DNA of 46,122 bases from a virus. Its lineage: Duplodnaviria; Caudoviricetes. Positions 34,601 through 44,751 of the stretch are shown here, in pieces (within the stretch, counting starts at the first letter, position 1; each line of letters starts with the position of its first letter). Below the pieces are notes generated by a model. The model was not told the origin of the DNA. It was given only the letters and a program-made list of their open reading frames with translations, and ran no database searches. The stretch is taken from positions 1 to 46,122 of IMG/VR virus record IMGVR_UViG_3300037467_001087. One strand, 5' to 3'. The translations under genes were made by a program, and so were the position numbers.

Positions 34601-37198
34601 CCCAATCTCCGCTGGCTCCGGCCGGTCGCCGTGTTCGCTGCCGAAATTGCGGTAATCGAAGCGATCGCCAAGGTCGTCGAGCGCGTGGAGCTTGACCGGC
34701 TGCGCCTTCGAGCGGAGCGGGGCCTTCGGGCTCGAGAAGACGCGCTGCAGGTGCGCCTTGACCGTCGGGTACTTCGCCTTCGGGTTGACGTAGATCGCGT
34801 CGGCGTCAACGCCGTGGTTGATCGCGTCTTCCGCGTCGATCCTGTGACGCAGGCCCGACTTCCGGCTGCGATCATTGAGCTGGTTGACGACCGCCTGCAG
34901 GAAATTCCGCGGTCGTGGAGCCTCGCCCGCCGGCGCCGGTTCAGGCCGCGGGCGCTCGAATGTGCCGCCCTGATAGAAATCACCGTCGGTCAGCGGCGGC
35001 GCTTCGTCGAACCGCTCGGGCCCGGCGGGTACATTTTCGGTTTCACGTGGAACAGAGAGGTCGATTTCAGACCCGCGCTCGGCACGCAAATTCGGCGCCG
35101 TTTCACGCGGCTCAGCCTCCGATGCCACCGCGGGGCGTCCTGCTTGGGGCTCGCCTCCCGGCAGTCCGTTTTTCGCGCCACCGGACGCAGTTTCGGATGC
35201 AAGCGGGGCCCTCATCCAATCGGGGATGAGCCGCTGCGACGTGTCTTCGCTCCGGCCGGCTGCGGGTTCGGCCGGTCCTTCAGGCCGAGCCGGGCGTTCC
35301 CCGTAGGCCGAACCCGGGCGACGGGTCAGGACGACGCGCGTGCCGTTGGCCGCCCACACGCGCGGTTCGAAGTCGCCGCCCAGCTTGTTCTTCGCGGCGA
35401 ACTGAGCTGCCGACCGGACGGTGCGGAAGGCGACGGGCTTGCCGTTGACGTCGGCAATGTGGCCGTCGTCGGTCGTGGCGAAATTGCCGCGGACATCGGC
35501 GTGTGGACGCTGGCCGTAATTGTTCGCGCCGTACTTCGCGGCCGGGTCCTCGGAAGCAGGCGGCGGCTCCCGACGGCTCGCCTCCCATTCCTTGCGCAGG
35601 TCTTCGGCCTGCATCTCGGAACGGCGCTCCCAAAAGCCGGGGTGGCCTTCGGGGTCATCCATCGCGTCCATGAACGGGCTGCTGCTGTCGCCTGTCGCCG
35701 TGCGCGAATAGCGCGCGCCGGGTTCGTTGAGCTCAGCCTCCGTCGGCGATTGCGCGGCGTCGGTACGCTCGAAGCCGCTGTCGGACCGGAACACGTCGTC
35801 GGTCGGCGCCGGGGCGCGATAGACCGGAGCTTCGCCGCCCAGGTCAGCGACGTTCTTGCGGACGTAGTTGCGCGTCTCTTCCGGCATGTGGGCGAGCCAG
35901 TCGTCGCCGTACTTCGCGATCGCGCCGTCGAGCGCGCCAGGACCGGCATTGTACGCGGCCCACGCCTTCGCGGCGCTCCCGTAGTGCTTGCGGAGCGCCG
36001 TGTAATAATCGCGCCCGACGCGACGCATCTCTTCGGGGCTGTCGTTCTGAGCCGGTTTCACCCCGTAGCCCGGATCGCGCAGCGTGTCGGGCATCGTCTG
36101 CATCGAGCCGCGCGCGCCCTTCGGGCTGACCGCGTTCGGATCGCCGTGGCTTTCGGTCTGCTCGGTGACGGCCAGTTCGCGCTCGAGCTGCGACGGCTGT
36201 TCGGGGCGAACGGTGCGGACTCGTCCTGCAGCTTGGGCGGCGCGCTCCGGCGTCGAGAAGTGCGCCGCGCTGGACCCGGCCGACTGCAGGATCGCGTCGA
36301 CGTCCGCAGGCCCCACGTCTGGATGGATGCTCCCGTTGAGCGTGCCTTCGGTGAGCGCTTCGTCGGACATGCCGGACGTGTCGACGCCCTTGGTCGCGTA
36401 CACTTCGCGAAGAGCGCGGACGCCGCGAACGCCAAGGTGAGCGCCAGCGCCAAGCGGAACGCCGGCTACGAGGCCGGCTGCAGCGCGATCGGCCGCTTCC
36501 TTCGGGTCGAAGCCGACGTTCGTTCCGACCGTTTCGCCCGCATAGTCGGCGACCGGCATCCCGGCCTGAGCGATGCCCTCGCGGACAACCGCTTTCGGGA
36601 GCGAGCCACTGAGGATGCCGCTCAGGCCGCCGCGCATCAGTGCGGTGTCGACCGCAGCCGTGGGCGCCGCCTTCAACAGGTCGAGAACCGTCGGCGCCTG
36701 CTCGCCATTATTCTCGGCGCGACGCTGAGCAACATCGCCCAGGCGCGAAGCAGCGAAGAGCGGCGCCGACACGCCAACAGCTGCGAGGCTTGGGATCGAC
36801 GCCGCGCCCTGCTCTGCGACGAAACTGCCGACGTTGCTGAGCGACGGATCGGCCTTTACGTCCTCCCAGCTGGTCGTCCCGGGGACCGGCGTGTTCGCGG
36901 CCGCTTCGTTCATCGCGGCTTCCTTGCCGAGATAGTCGCCGGCGCTCTCGACACCGATCGCGTTCGCGGCTGCTTGGCCGGCGCGCTCAAGGCCGCCGAC
37001 GAGCGAGTGCCCGCCGACGTCAGCCATGCGTCCTGTGCGCCGCATGAAATCGCCCAGCCTCGAGAAGAAGCCTTCGTCGCGCGGGTCCTCGGGCACAGCG
37101 CCGCCCGCCGGCGCATCTGACTGCGTCGCGAGCGGTGCGCTTGCCCAAGCCGGTTTCGGTCCGGTCGGGGATGCGAGAGGGGCGTCCTGCCAGCCCAC
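31673..37198 (-). CDS. large ejection/internal virion protein with lytic transglycosylase domain
   Basis: 1841 aa; ES.GDPNAVSPKGARG.MQ.MPDT and AAYNAGPG SLT motifs. Confidence 0.85.
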   Translation of the reverse strand: MGWQDAPLASPTGPKPAWASAPLATQSDAPAGGAVPEDPRDEGFFSRLGDFMRRTGRMADVGGHSLVGGLERAGQAAANAIGVESAGDYLGKEAAMNEAAANTPVPGTTSWEDVKADPSLSNVGSFVAEQGAASIPSLAAVGVSAPLFAASRLGDVAQRRAENNGEQAPTVLDLLKAAPTAAVDTALMRGGLSGILSGSLPKAVVREGIAQAGMPVADYAGETVGTNVGFDPKEAADRAAAGLVAGVPLGAGAHLGVRGVRALREVYATKGVDTSGMSDEALTEGTLNGSIHPDVGPADVDAILQSAGSSAAHFSTPERAAQAAGRVRTVRPEQPSQLERELAVTEQTESHGDPNAVSPKGARGSMQTMPDTLRDPGYGVKPAQNDSPEEMRRVGRDYYTALRKHYGSAAKAWAAYNAGPGALDGAIAKYGDDWLAHMPEETRNYVRKNVADLGGEAPVYRAPAPTDDVFRSDSGFERTDAAQSPTEAELNEPGARYSRTATGDSSSPFMDAMDDPEGHPGFWERRSEMQAEDLRKEWEASRREPPPASEDPAAKYGANNYGQRPHADVRGNFATTDDGHIADVNGKPVAFRTVRSAAQFAAKNKLGGDFEPRVWAANGTRVVLTRRPGSAYGERPARPEGPAEPAAGRSEDTSQRLIPDWMRAPLASETASGGAKNGLPGGEPQAGRPAVASEAEPRETAPNLRAERGSEIDLSVPRETENVPAGPERFDEAPPLTDGDFYQGGTFERPRPEPAPAGEAPRPRNFLQAVVNQLNDRSRKSGLRHRIDAEDAINHGVDADAIYVNPKAKYPTVKAHLQRVFSSPKAPLRSKAQPVKLHALDDLGDRFDYRNFGSEHGDRPEPAEIGRLLSDSIRGHEDAFDRSDPNYDRRQEWIARHNAAMEFESRYGDRWAEMPDEELDRIDAEDAGPIDYLWDHVLGEGDERPAETEARDARPAGEDEGGSGRSERGSDEAGGRGPAAEDALFPERESDQRDALQRRADEPLKPDAEQKPAGSDGGLFDTQDTTGDLYGAKNKFVTREKKEAASRKISDASKRAHSGVDPEAVGAMATEAAFHVEASARKVASMMLEPDADPGEIIRAARDMVKSPAKTTKGLLKALDRFGSAVAYSSDGALRTLARHYKSPEIVRLADMFQARAGKDDATGRTYDEALKRQNGRFRSRLDAALDPFIGSKPAMERIRDLLADPDRTVRSTEKERAAAREIRDLLKDVIDYRKEAGEDIGEVKNYFPRVLDSLAVANDAGKFKAAAERLYRGLGVDDPRAAAEAWLTRVLDTHAGLDGGEEFVVSSGKPSSSKSREFGAEADRELRDFLQKDPLLVLSDYITGSVRRAEQTRRFGAKGAVNSAERGAWMKEHGTKTQWDVMVDKIRDEVRASGEDADGVIRAIHRIRDGNLGRLGTAGVRVSRAVSTIHAWNQLSTLQKVTLSSIGDLAMGFVRAGPTYGVRHLTTSLREAARLVETFGKRDLSDGHRWAEAMGTVGHGTASQLIQARMDAAPGAIQHASLLNKFYHKVGIEQLTQGGRIAATNNAKVFLDTLSGDLLSKSARTRQRATLYLKELGIKDPQAFGEWLRKGPPSSAELAADRGHAADYATAVVRFADQTILMPSRAMKPAWANHPVGSLFFALQSYNAAFTQNVLKRTGRLAIQGVKSKDPALLIPASGLVVLVAMNALQLYLRTNLFGGKQPDDAEAFALQAMDRAGLTGMASPIFNAFLGLKYHRSVSQSLQGAVVGRVAQGIDAAGGLAIGNSKKTNTAERNAAGLLYDLGIDPAINAFGAKYLRGAAGTATILGTGNREGGALPGDRDAFIDAVAGREKKRVSSGE
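35039..35054. other. parS-like palindrome
   Basis: Minus strand TGTTCCACGTGAAACC, 15/16 to TGTTNCACGTGAAACA. Confidence 0.6.
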
Positions 37199-38245
37199 CT
37201 AGGGCTTGATCCTCACCTGGCCGTCGGGCCCGCGGAATTTCGCGCCGGACGGAAGAGCGGCATATTCGGCGTCGCTGGTGATCTGCTGGACAGTCCCATC
37301 CGCAGGCTGCACCTGCGACGGCCGGATCGGCGTGCGCGTGGTGGTAACCTTCTTTAGCGGCGGCCGCGCGCCGATGCCGAAGAAGCCGTTGCTGCCGGGG
37401 TCGTCCGTCGTCTCGGCCGTCTCACTGTAGCCGTAGTCGGGCTTGCCCGGCAGGGTCGCGCGATAGTTCGCGCCCGCCTCAGAGGCGAGTGTGCTGCCCG
37501 ACGGCGTCTCATGCTCGTACCGCTGCTCGCCGGTCGTGACGTGGGTGCGATAATTCGCGCCCCCCTGCTCCATCTGCGTCCGGCGGGTCGCTCCCCGATC
37601 CGTCAGCTCGGTGCGGTAGGTCGCGCTGTCGATGCCATAACGGTCGTTGGACTCGCCAGCGCGGTTGTGCCGGGCAGTCTCGTGGTTCTGCATGTCCTGC
37701 AGGTCGAGCTCACCCATCCGATAATCGCGCGTGTCGTCTAGCGCGCGGGTGCGCAGAGCCCGGTCAGCCTCGTCCGAAGCAGCCACGGCGCGCTCCTTGC
37801 GGCGGCGGTCCATGAAGTCCGCGCCAGCTGCGACGCCAGCGCCAAGGCCGCCGGTGAGGGTGGCCGCGCCGGAGCGCAGAAGCGCCGCGCGCCCTTCGTC
37901 GGAGTGCAGGAAATCGCCGATGCGATCAAGAAAGCCGCGCGGCTTGGCGGCGTTCGCTGTCAGCGCGTCGTTGATGCCTTGCGTCGCGTCCGCGCCGAAG
38001 TCTGCCGGGTTCGACATCGTCGGCAGGTTCGTAATCACGTTCGCCGCCTTGCCGGCATCCGTCATGTCCGATCCGACCTGCTGGCCGACTTGCGGACCGG
38101 CCGCGACGTCAGCGGGAGGCGGGACCGCCCCTCCACCCCCGCCGCCGCCTTTCATCAGCAATGCGCTGAGCAGGGGCGAGCCAATCTGCGCGGCCATGCG
38201 CGGGTTGGCGAGCGTGGGGCTCAGGAAGTCCAAGAAGCCGGCCAT
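37199..38245 (-). CDS. putative ejection protein
   Basis: Gly/Ala-rich; NHETARHNRA.E repeat-like motif; C-terminal Y.ALPSG..F.GPDG. Confidence 0.7.
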   Translation of the reverse strand: MAGFLDFLSPTLANPRMAAQIGSPLLSALLMKGGGGGGGAVPPPADVAAGPQVGQQVGSDMTDAGKAANVITNLPTMSNPADFGADATQGINDALTANAAKPRGFLDRIGDFLHSDEGRAALLRSGAATLTGGLGAGVAAGADFMDRRRKERAVAASDEADRALRTRALDDTRDYRMGELDLQDMQNHETARHNRAGESNDRYGIDSATYRTELTDRGATRRTQMEQGGANYRTHVTTGEQRYEHETPSGSTLASEAGANYRATLPGKPDYGYSETAETTDDPGSNGFFGIGARPPLKKVTTTRTPIRPSQVQPADGTVQQITSDAEYAALPSGAKFRGPDGQVRIKP

Positions 38246-38246
38246 T

Positions 38247-38858
38247 TTAGCCTCCGATGCCTGTCAGGTTGAGCGGGTTGAAGACGACGCCCGACGGGGT
38301 CGCGGCGCTGGGCATGACCGGCGCGGCTACGGGCGGCGGGACGATGCCGGTGTTGGTGGCTGGCGGTGTCGCCGCCGGAGCCGGCGCGGGGGCGGGCGCA
38401 GGAGCCGGAGCGGCGGGACGAAGGCCGTTGATGAAGCCGGCCCAATCGAAGCCGGGAGCCCTGCGCTGAAGGCGAGCGTAGAAGCCGCGGTCCTGACCCA
38501 TCATCGCCTGCAGGCGATCGAGGAAGCCCGGGTTCTTGGCAACGCGGCTCGTGATCTTGTCCTGCATGCGCTGCTGGAACTGCGCCACCCTGTTGGCGTC
38601 GTTGAACTTCCCCGGTTTCCCCGGGATCGCAGGCGCCGCCGTCGCCGGCATTGAGGTCGCAGCGGGCGCGGCGGGAGCAGCCGGTGCAGGCGGCGGACCG
38701 CCAGCGGTGACGACGTCGACGGGCCGGTTCTCGACGGGAGCAGGCGCTGGCGCGGCAGGCGCTGGCGCGGGTGCGACCATCGTCTGCATGACGCCGCTGG
38801 GCTGTGCCTGCGGCATCTGCGGAAAGCCGAGTGACGTCTTCGTGTTCATCTTAGCCAT
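38247..38858 (-). CDS. Pro/Ala-rich virion protein
   Basis: Low-complexity PA repeats flanking a small helical core; coupled in the operon. Confidence 0.6.
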   Translation of the reverse strand: MAKMNTKTSLGFPQMPQAQPSGVMQTMVAPAPAPAAPAPAPVENRPVDVVTAGGPPPAPAAPAAPAATSMPATAAPAIPGKPGKFNDANRVAQFQQRMQDKITSRVAKNPGFLDRLQAMMGQDRGFYARLQRRAPGFDWAGFINGLRPAAPAPAPAPAPAPAATPPATNTGIVPPPVAAPVMPSAATPSGVVFNPLNLTGIGG

Positions 38859-40014
38859 TTGACCCTCCGACTAGCTGCGGCGCGAGTGACGCGTCGACTG
38901 TGGCGAAGCCGTCGACCTTCGGACCGAGCGACGACGGACGGACCCGCGCGACGTCCTGCGCGAGAACGCCGCGGAAGCGACCGCTCGGAAGCCCAAGGTT
39001 CGGGCGATAATTGAAGTCGACCACTGGCAGGCCGTCGGCCATTTCGCCGACCGGCTCGACGTTTTCCTTCAGGCGCTCGTCGGAGTAGAACGAAGCGGCG
39101 ATTTGCCCGGCGCCGAGCGCCGTGCTGAGCCAGCCCGGGTTGGACGTTTGGCTCGTCGTTCCGTGCGCCGTGGTGGTGACGTTGCGCGGCGTCCCTGCGA
39201 GGATCGACATCAGGTCTTCGTCGCGATTGACCTGCGCGTCCTGCATCCGCAGGAATTCGTTGTACTTCGCGGCCGCCGCGGCATTGGCAGTGTCCTGAGC
39301 GACGCCGCCGGTCTTAAGCAGGTTCATGATGCTTTCGGCGTTGATGCCGCTCGCCTGCTGGCCGAGGTTGCCGAGCGCCGAGCCGCCCGCGATCGCGCGG
39401 TCGAGCTCCGATTGATCGAGGCCGGCGTTCGTGGTCCCAGCCTGCAGCTGGCGGTCGGCGTCAGTGTTGAACTGCTGCTGCGCGTTTTCGTAGCCCGCCT
39501 GGTTCGACGACGCGAGATAGTTGAGAATGTTGTTGTTGATGCCCTTGGTCGCTTCGGCCTGAGCCACCGCCTGCCGCGTACCGCCGTAGGCGTGGTTCGC
39601 CGCGGCGCTGTCGCCGAGATCCTCGAGCTGCATCGCGCCGTTGCGCATGATGTCGCCAACGGTGCGCTCCTGCACGGCACCGAGGTACGGGCTCATGTAA
39701 CGGCCGGCGGCCGCATTATCGAAATTGTCGGCGCTCACCCGATCGCCGGTGCCGAGGCCGCTTTGCACGGCCGCCGTTCCCGCCGCGATCTGCGACTGCC
39801 CCGTGTTCGCGGTCGACTTCGCTTGCGACTCTGCGGCCTTCTGATTGCCGCTCATCGGCGCGGTCGGCTGGCCCGCATAGGCTTTGACCGGGTTCGCCGC
39901 GCTGTCGGACATCGCCTTGTTGAAAAGCGTCTGCCCGGCTTCGCTCATCCACTCGGGCAGCTGGACTTGCTGCGTCGAGTTGTCCTTCTGCGTGGTGGTG
40001 GCGCCCTTAGCCAT
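38851..40014 (-). CDS. putative ejection/pilot protein with C-terminal peptidase S74-like chaperone
   Basis: A.GGTRQAVA Q/N/G-rich body; YSDERLKEN...GVLAQDV C-terminus. Confidence 0.75.
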   Translation of the reverse strand: MAKGATTTQKDNSTQQVQLPEWMSEAGQTLFNKAMSDSAANPVKAYAGQPTAPMSGNQKAAESQAKSTANTGQSQIAAGTAAVQSGLGTGDRVSADNFDNAAAGRYMSPYLGAVQERTVGDIMRNGAMQLEDLGDSAAANHAYGGTRQAVAQAEATKGINNNILNYLASSNQAGYENAQQQFNTDADRQLQAGTTNAGLDQSELDRAIAGGSALGNLGQQASGINAESIMNLLKTGGVAQDTANAAAAAKYNEFLRMQDAQVNRDEDLMSILAGTPRNVTTTAHGTTSQTSNPGWLSTALGAGQIAASFYSDERLKENVEPVGEMADGLPVVDFNYRPNLGLPSGRFRGVLAQDVARVRPSSLGPKVDGFATVDASLAPQLVGGSNG

Positions 40015-40420
40015 TTTCGTCCCCTAGATCGAAGCTGTAGAGCGTTTGCGCCCGAATGCCGGGGAGCGCGCGCTTCCAGCCCGTTCGGTCGCTTACGAAA
40101 GTGATGGAGCCGCAGTCGTTGGCGCGCGCGATGTCCTTCAGCTGTTCGAAGAACTCCGGCGTCCAGTCGCTCCCCTCATTGCTCGCGAGCCAAACGTGCA
40201 TCTGCCGCGAGTAGGGGTTGCTGCGGATTTGCGTGACGATAAAGCCACGAACGTCGAGCGTTGTAAACAGGTGCGTCCCGCCGAGGAGCAGCTCGTGATA
40301 GACGTCCTCTGCGATCCACGGCTCGCCGGGCAGCTGGGACAGCTCTTCGACGCGCGCGCGGATTTGCGGCCAGTATTCCCGAACCCGCTCAGTCGGGACG
40401 TGCATGAGGATCGCGGTCAT
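40007..40420 (-). CDS. hypothetical virion-assembly protein (GNAT-like fold possible)
   Basis: MHVWLA...ARANDC..I.F.S.R.GW.R pattern; usual position after the tail nozzle gene. Confidence 0.6.
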   Translation of the reverse strand: MTAILMHVPTERVREYWPQIRARVEELSQLPGEPWIAEDVYHELLLGGTHLFTTLDVRGFIVTQIRSNPYSRQMHVWLASNEGSDWTPEFFEQLKDIARANDCGSITFVSDRTGWKRALPGIRAQTLYSFDLGDENG

Positions 40421-40635
40421 GGGACGGTCGTTCCCATGTCGGTCGCGCTGATGACGCCGGCGTTGTTGACGGTCAGGTTCCAGAAATGGCCGTTCGGCGA
40501 GCGCACGATGAGGCGCCGTCCGTCGCCGATCAGGACATCGTTGTCTTCGGCCTGCCGAAGCCGCTGCTCGTGATCGTCCAGCGCGGCGCGCGCGCGGCGT
40601 TCGTCGAGCTGCGACCCGGTGAAGCGTCCGCTCAT
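40417..40635 (-). CDS. hypothetical structural protein
   Basis: RSPNG.FWNLTV.N.G; ATGA overlaps. Confidence 0.65.
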   Translation of the reverse strand: MSGRFTGSQLDERRARAALDDHEQRLRQAEDNDVLIGDGRRLIVRSPNGHFWNLTVNNAGVISATDMGTTVP

Positions 40636-42142
40636 CGCAGGCTCCCTCCCTGCATCGAGATTTGCGGCAGACCCAGCTCCCAATGACCGTTGCCGTCGAT
40701 CTGCAGCTGCAGCTCGCGCGCCGAGAAATTGAGCGGGACGAACTCATCGCCCAGCGCGAAGTCGAACGGGCCTTCCGTCCGCGAGGGAAGGCTGGGCCCG
40801 TCGCGGCAGATGAAGCTCACCTTGGCCGCGTCGCTACCGTCCTGCATGTCGGGCCACCACTGGTCGACGTCGGCGAACTGCTCGCCAACGCCAATCGAGA
40901 TTGGGTGCGAGCGGACGAACGACGGCATAACTGCGCCGTTCGCATCCTTCCCGACTTCATGCTCGAACAGCGTCCCGGCCGCGTCGATCGCGAGCGGCGA
41001 GGGGAAGATGCCGGAGTCGGCCCAGCACAGTCGAACCAGCGTCGCCTTCGACCAGGTGCCCGCCGCGTAATTGTAAATCACGCCGCGGTCGATTTCGTCC
41101 GACGCTGCCGAGCAATAGAAGAACCACACTTCGTCGAAGGGGGCGTTGAGCCCCGCCGAGAATTTAGCGCACTGGATCAGGTTGATATCGCCGAAGACGT
41201 AGTCGCGCAGCTCGCAGTCGAGCGCGCGGACCAGCCCGTCGTACGCGAAGAAATTCGTGGTCCCCATCCAATAGGCCGTCTCGCCCTGATTGTCGGTGAC
41301 GACGGCCACTGCCTTCGGACCGGCGACGCCGGCTTCGGTCGACACGCGATCGCGCGCATAGACCAGCGCGTTCTGCAGCGGCGTGAAGGCGAAAACCTCC
41401 GTCCGCGTCAGGCCGAGGATTTGCCCGCGGACGCGCACGCCGCACTGGAAGGGCGAGCGGACCTGCAGCTCGTAGCTGCCGGCGCGGTTCGTCGCGAGCG
41501 GGTTCCAAACGGTGAAGTCTTCGCGATCCGACCAGCGAACGAGACCCGGGAGGCCGTCGCACCCGAACATGAAGCAATGCCGCTCGTCGGACATGCAGAT
41601 TGCGCGGCCAGTCGGTGCGCCGACCACCGCCTGAAGCTGCGTATCGCCGCCGACCTTGTCGTACTTGTAGAACTTCCCGTCGAAGTCGAAGAGCGCGAGC
41701 AGGATCTGCCCGAACATGTCGAACGACCAGGACGACGCCTCGACAAGGTTGCCGATCGAAGAGCGCGCGGTGCCGTAGTGCGAGCTGCCGTACACGCCGG
41801 CGCCGTAGCCAGCCGCGGGGATCGACGTCGCGATGCCGGCTGTGAAGCCCGCCGGCGTGATGTCCGCGAAGCTGTCGCTGTTCCATGTGAACGCGCCCAG
41901 GTGCGTGCCGATCGCAGCGAGCCGCTCGGTTTGATCGTTCGGGCGCCACGGCAGGATCGCTCGAGCGAGCCCGCTGATTGACCCGGCGTTCGGCACGAGC
42001 GCGCGCCAGCCGCCGACCTGCGCAGGCACGCCGTCGCGGAAGCGGACGAGGTTGCCGTCGACCCAGCGCAGCTTCGAAGCCCTACGCGAGCGGTTCGCGT
42101 AGAGCCCCGGGCTGAAGGCCATTTCTGAGCGAACGAAGCCCA

Positions 42143-42143
<1 letters not shown>
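40632..42143 (-). CDS. tail nozzle / DNA stabilisation protein
   Basis: WVDGNLVRF..G.P..VGGW, VRWSD.ED.T.W.P.ATN.AG, N..FDEVWFFY motifs of podovirus tail tube proteins. Confidence 0.8.
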
Positions 42144-42972
<829 letters not shown>

Positions 42973-42973
<1 letters not shown>

Positions 42974-43542
42974 TACGAAAGCTCAACCCACCAATCGCCG
43001 GGCTGCGAGGTCGGGTCGGCCGCGCCCGCTGCGGTGAAGAAGATGCGCGGCGACGTCAGCGCTGGATCGACGTAGTACGGGTACTTGCCCGCGCTCGCGT
43101 GCGAGATGTCGCCGGACATCGTGTCTCCGGTCTTCTGCAGGTAGGCAGTGTGCGTGTGGCCGGCGGACGCGAAGCCCGAAGCGTCGAGACCGTCGAGCGT
43201 GTCCGCATCCAGCCCCGAGCCTGAGCCGTCGACGGTCTTGATCGCGGCGAGCAGCGCCGCCGCGGTGACGGCCGAGGCCAGCGCGAAGGCGGTTGCTTCG
43301 TTGCCGTCCAGCTTGTCCGCATCAATGCCTGAGCCGGAGCCGTCGACGGTGAGCAGCTTCGCCAGGACGTCAGCCGCGGTGTAGCCGGACGCGTCCAGCT
43401 TCGCGGTGATCGCGTCCGACAGCGACTTAACGAGCGTGTCGATGCTGTCGAGGTCGGCGTTGAGCTTGGCGCCCCACGTGTTGTCGGAGGCGCCAACTTC
43501 CGGCTTCGTCCAGCCGTAATTGGTGGTTGTGGTGTCGGGCAT
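42973..43542 (-). CDS. short tail fibre protein
   Basis: TTNYGWTKPEVG...TWG.KLN; two TVDGSGSG.DAD.LDG repeats; GDTMSG. Confidence 0.75.
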
Positions 43543-44250
43543 TTAATTGCTCCCCCCGACGCCGAAGGCGGCGTCCTGAATGTCGGTGTACGGTTGGATC
43601 GTGCCGCCCTTGTCGGAACCGCGAAGCGCGTCGTCGCGGTCCTCCATCCGGCGAATGTGGGCTTCGAAGGCGTTGCTGTTGCGCGCCGCCTTGTCGTCGT
43701 CGTGCAGGAATTCGAGCGCGACCAGCGCCTTCGCGCCGGCCAGCACCGCCTGCTGATGCAGCGATAGCGTGATCGGCGGCGTTTCCACTGCGTCGTCGAG
43801 AAAATCAGGGCACTTTGCCTGGAAGATCAGCTCGAACGACGTGCCGCCCGGCACGATGCAGTCGAGGAAGGCGACGCCGTCGCCCATCGCGTAGTAGCTC
43901 GGATAGCCACGCGCCGAGCCGACCATCTCGCGCAGCTTGGGCAGCGGGACGAGCTCGAGCGGATCGGAATATGGGTTGGCGTTGACGAAGACCGACAGGG
44001 ATTGAACGACGCCGCAGCTCGCGGGCAGGTTCAGGACCGTGTTGTCGGCGTCGATCGTGATGTTGCCCGAGACGTTTTCGAGCCAGAGCCACTTGCGGCG
44101 GCTCTCAATGTCGAGAATGGAGGCGTGGAGCGCCCGATCGACCACGTCGTCCGGTATCGCCGTGCTCCCCTTGCGCCAGAGATCCGTTCGGACCTTGTCA
44201 CGGGCCGCGGACCACGAAAGCGTCGATGACCCTCCAATGATCCACGGCAT
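43543..44250 (-). CDS. head-tail adaptor / tail tube protein A-like
   Basis: Position after the capsid genes; W.WLE, LP, G.PSYY motifs. Confidence 0.65.
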   Translation of the reverse strand: MPWIIGGSSTLSWSAARDKVRTDLWRKGSTAIPDDVVDRALHASILDIESRRKWLWLENVSGNITIDADNTVLNLPASCGVVQSLSVFVNANPYSDPLELVPLPKLREMVGSARGYPSYYAMGDGVAFLDCIVPGGTSFELIFQAKCPDFLDDAVETPPITLSLHQQAVLAGAKALVALEFLHDDDKAARNSNAFEAHIRRMEDRDDALRGSDKGGTIQPYTDIQDAAFGVGGSN

Positions 44251-44292
44251 ACCCCACGCCTCCCCCTAATCGACCGACTGGAAGCCGGCCGC

Positions 44293-44700
44293 TCAGTGCT
44301 GCAGCTGGAAGTCCGCGCTGACGGTCGCGGCCGCGGCCACGTTCGCGCCGCCAACCACGATGACCACTTCGTCGCCCGCTTGGGCGTCGATTGGGCCAAG
44401 GGTGTTCGCATTCGCGTACGCCGAGCCGCCCGCAGCGGTCGCCACGGTGAGGTCGCGCACCAATGCGCCGGCGCGGTAGAGCGACAGCTTCACGGTGCAG
44501 CCCGCGCCGAGGGTGGCCGACTGCGCGATGTCCGCGTCGATGATGCGGCCTGCGCGCTGGATCGCGAAGAGCGGGCAATAGTCGCCGTTCGCGGGTCCGC
44601 CCGTCGCCGGCATCGCGACGTCCTTGCGGACGTTGTAAACGCCAGTGTCGAGCGCGGGCGTGAGGTTCGACGCCGCCAGGAAAGTAGTAACTCGAGCCAT
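44293..44700 (-). CDS. putative capsid decoration protein
   Basis: 135 aa, beta-rich, directly after the capsid gene; strong RBS. Confidence 0.6.
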   Translation of the reverse strand: MARVTTFLAASNLTPALDTGVYNVRKDVAMPATGGPANGDYCPLFAIQRAGRIIDADIAQSATLGAGCTVKLSLYRAGALVRDLTVATAAGGSAYANANTLGPIDAQAGDEVVIVVGGANVAAAATVSADFQLQH

Positions 44701-44714
44701 GTTCTTTCTCCCTT

Positions 44715-44740
44715 GACCGGAGGGGCGAACCCCTCCGGTC
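44715..44740 (-). other. 11-bp UUCG hairpin after the capsid gene
   Basis: GACCGGAGGGG-TTCG-CCCCTCCGGTC with no T tract, directly before the next RBS. Confidence 0.7.
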
Positions 44741-44751
44741 GCTCACTCAGG

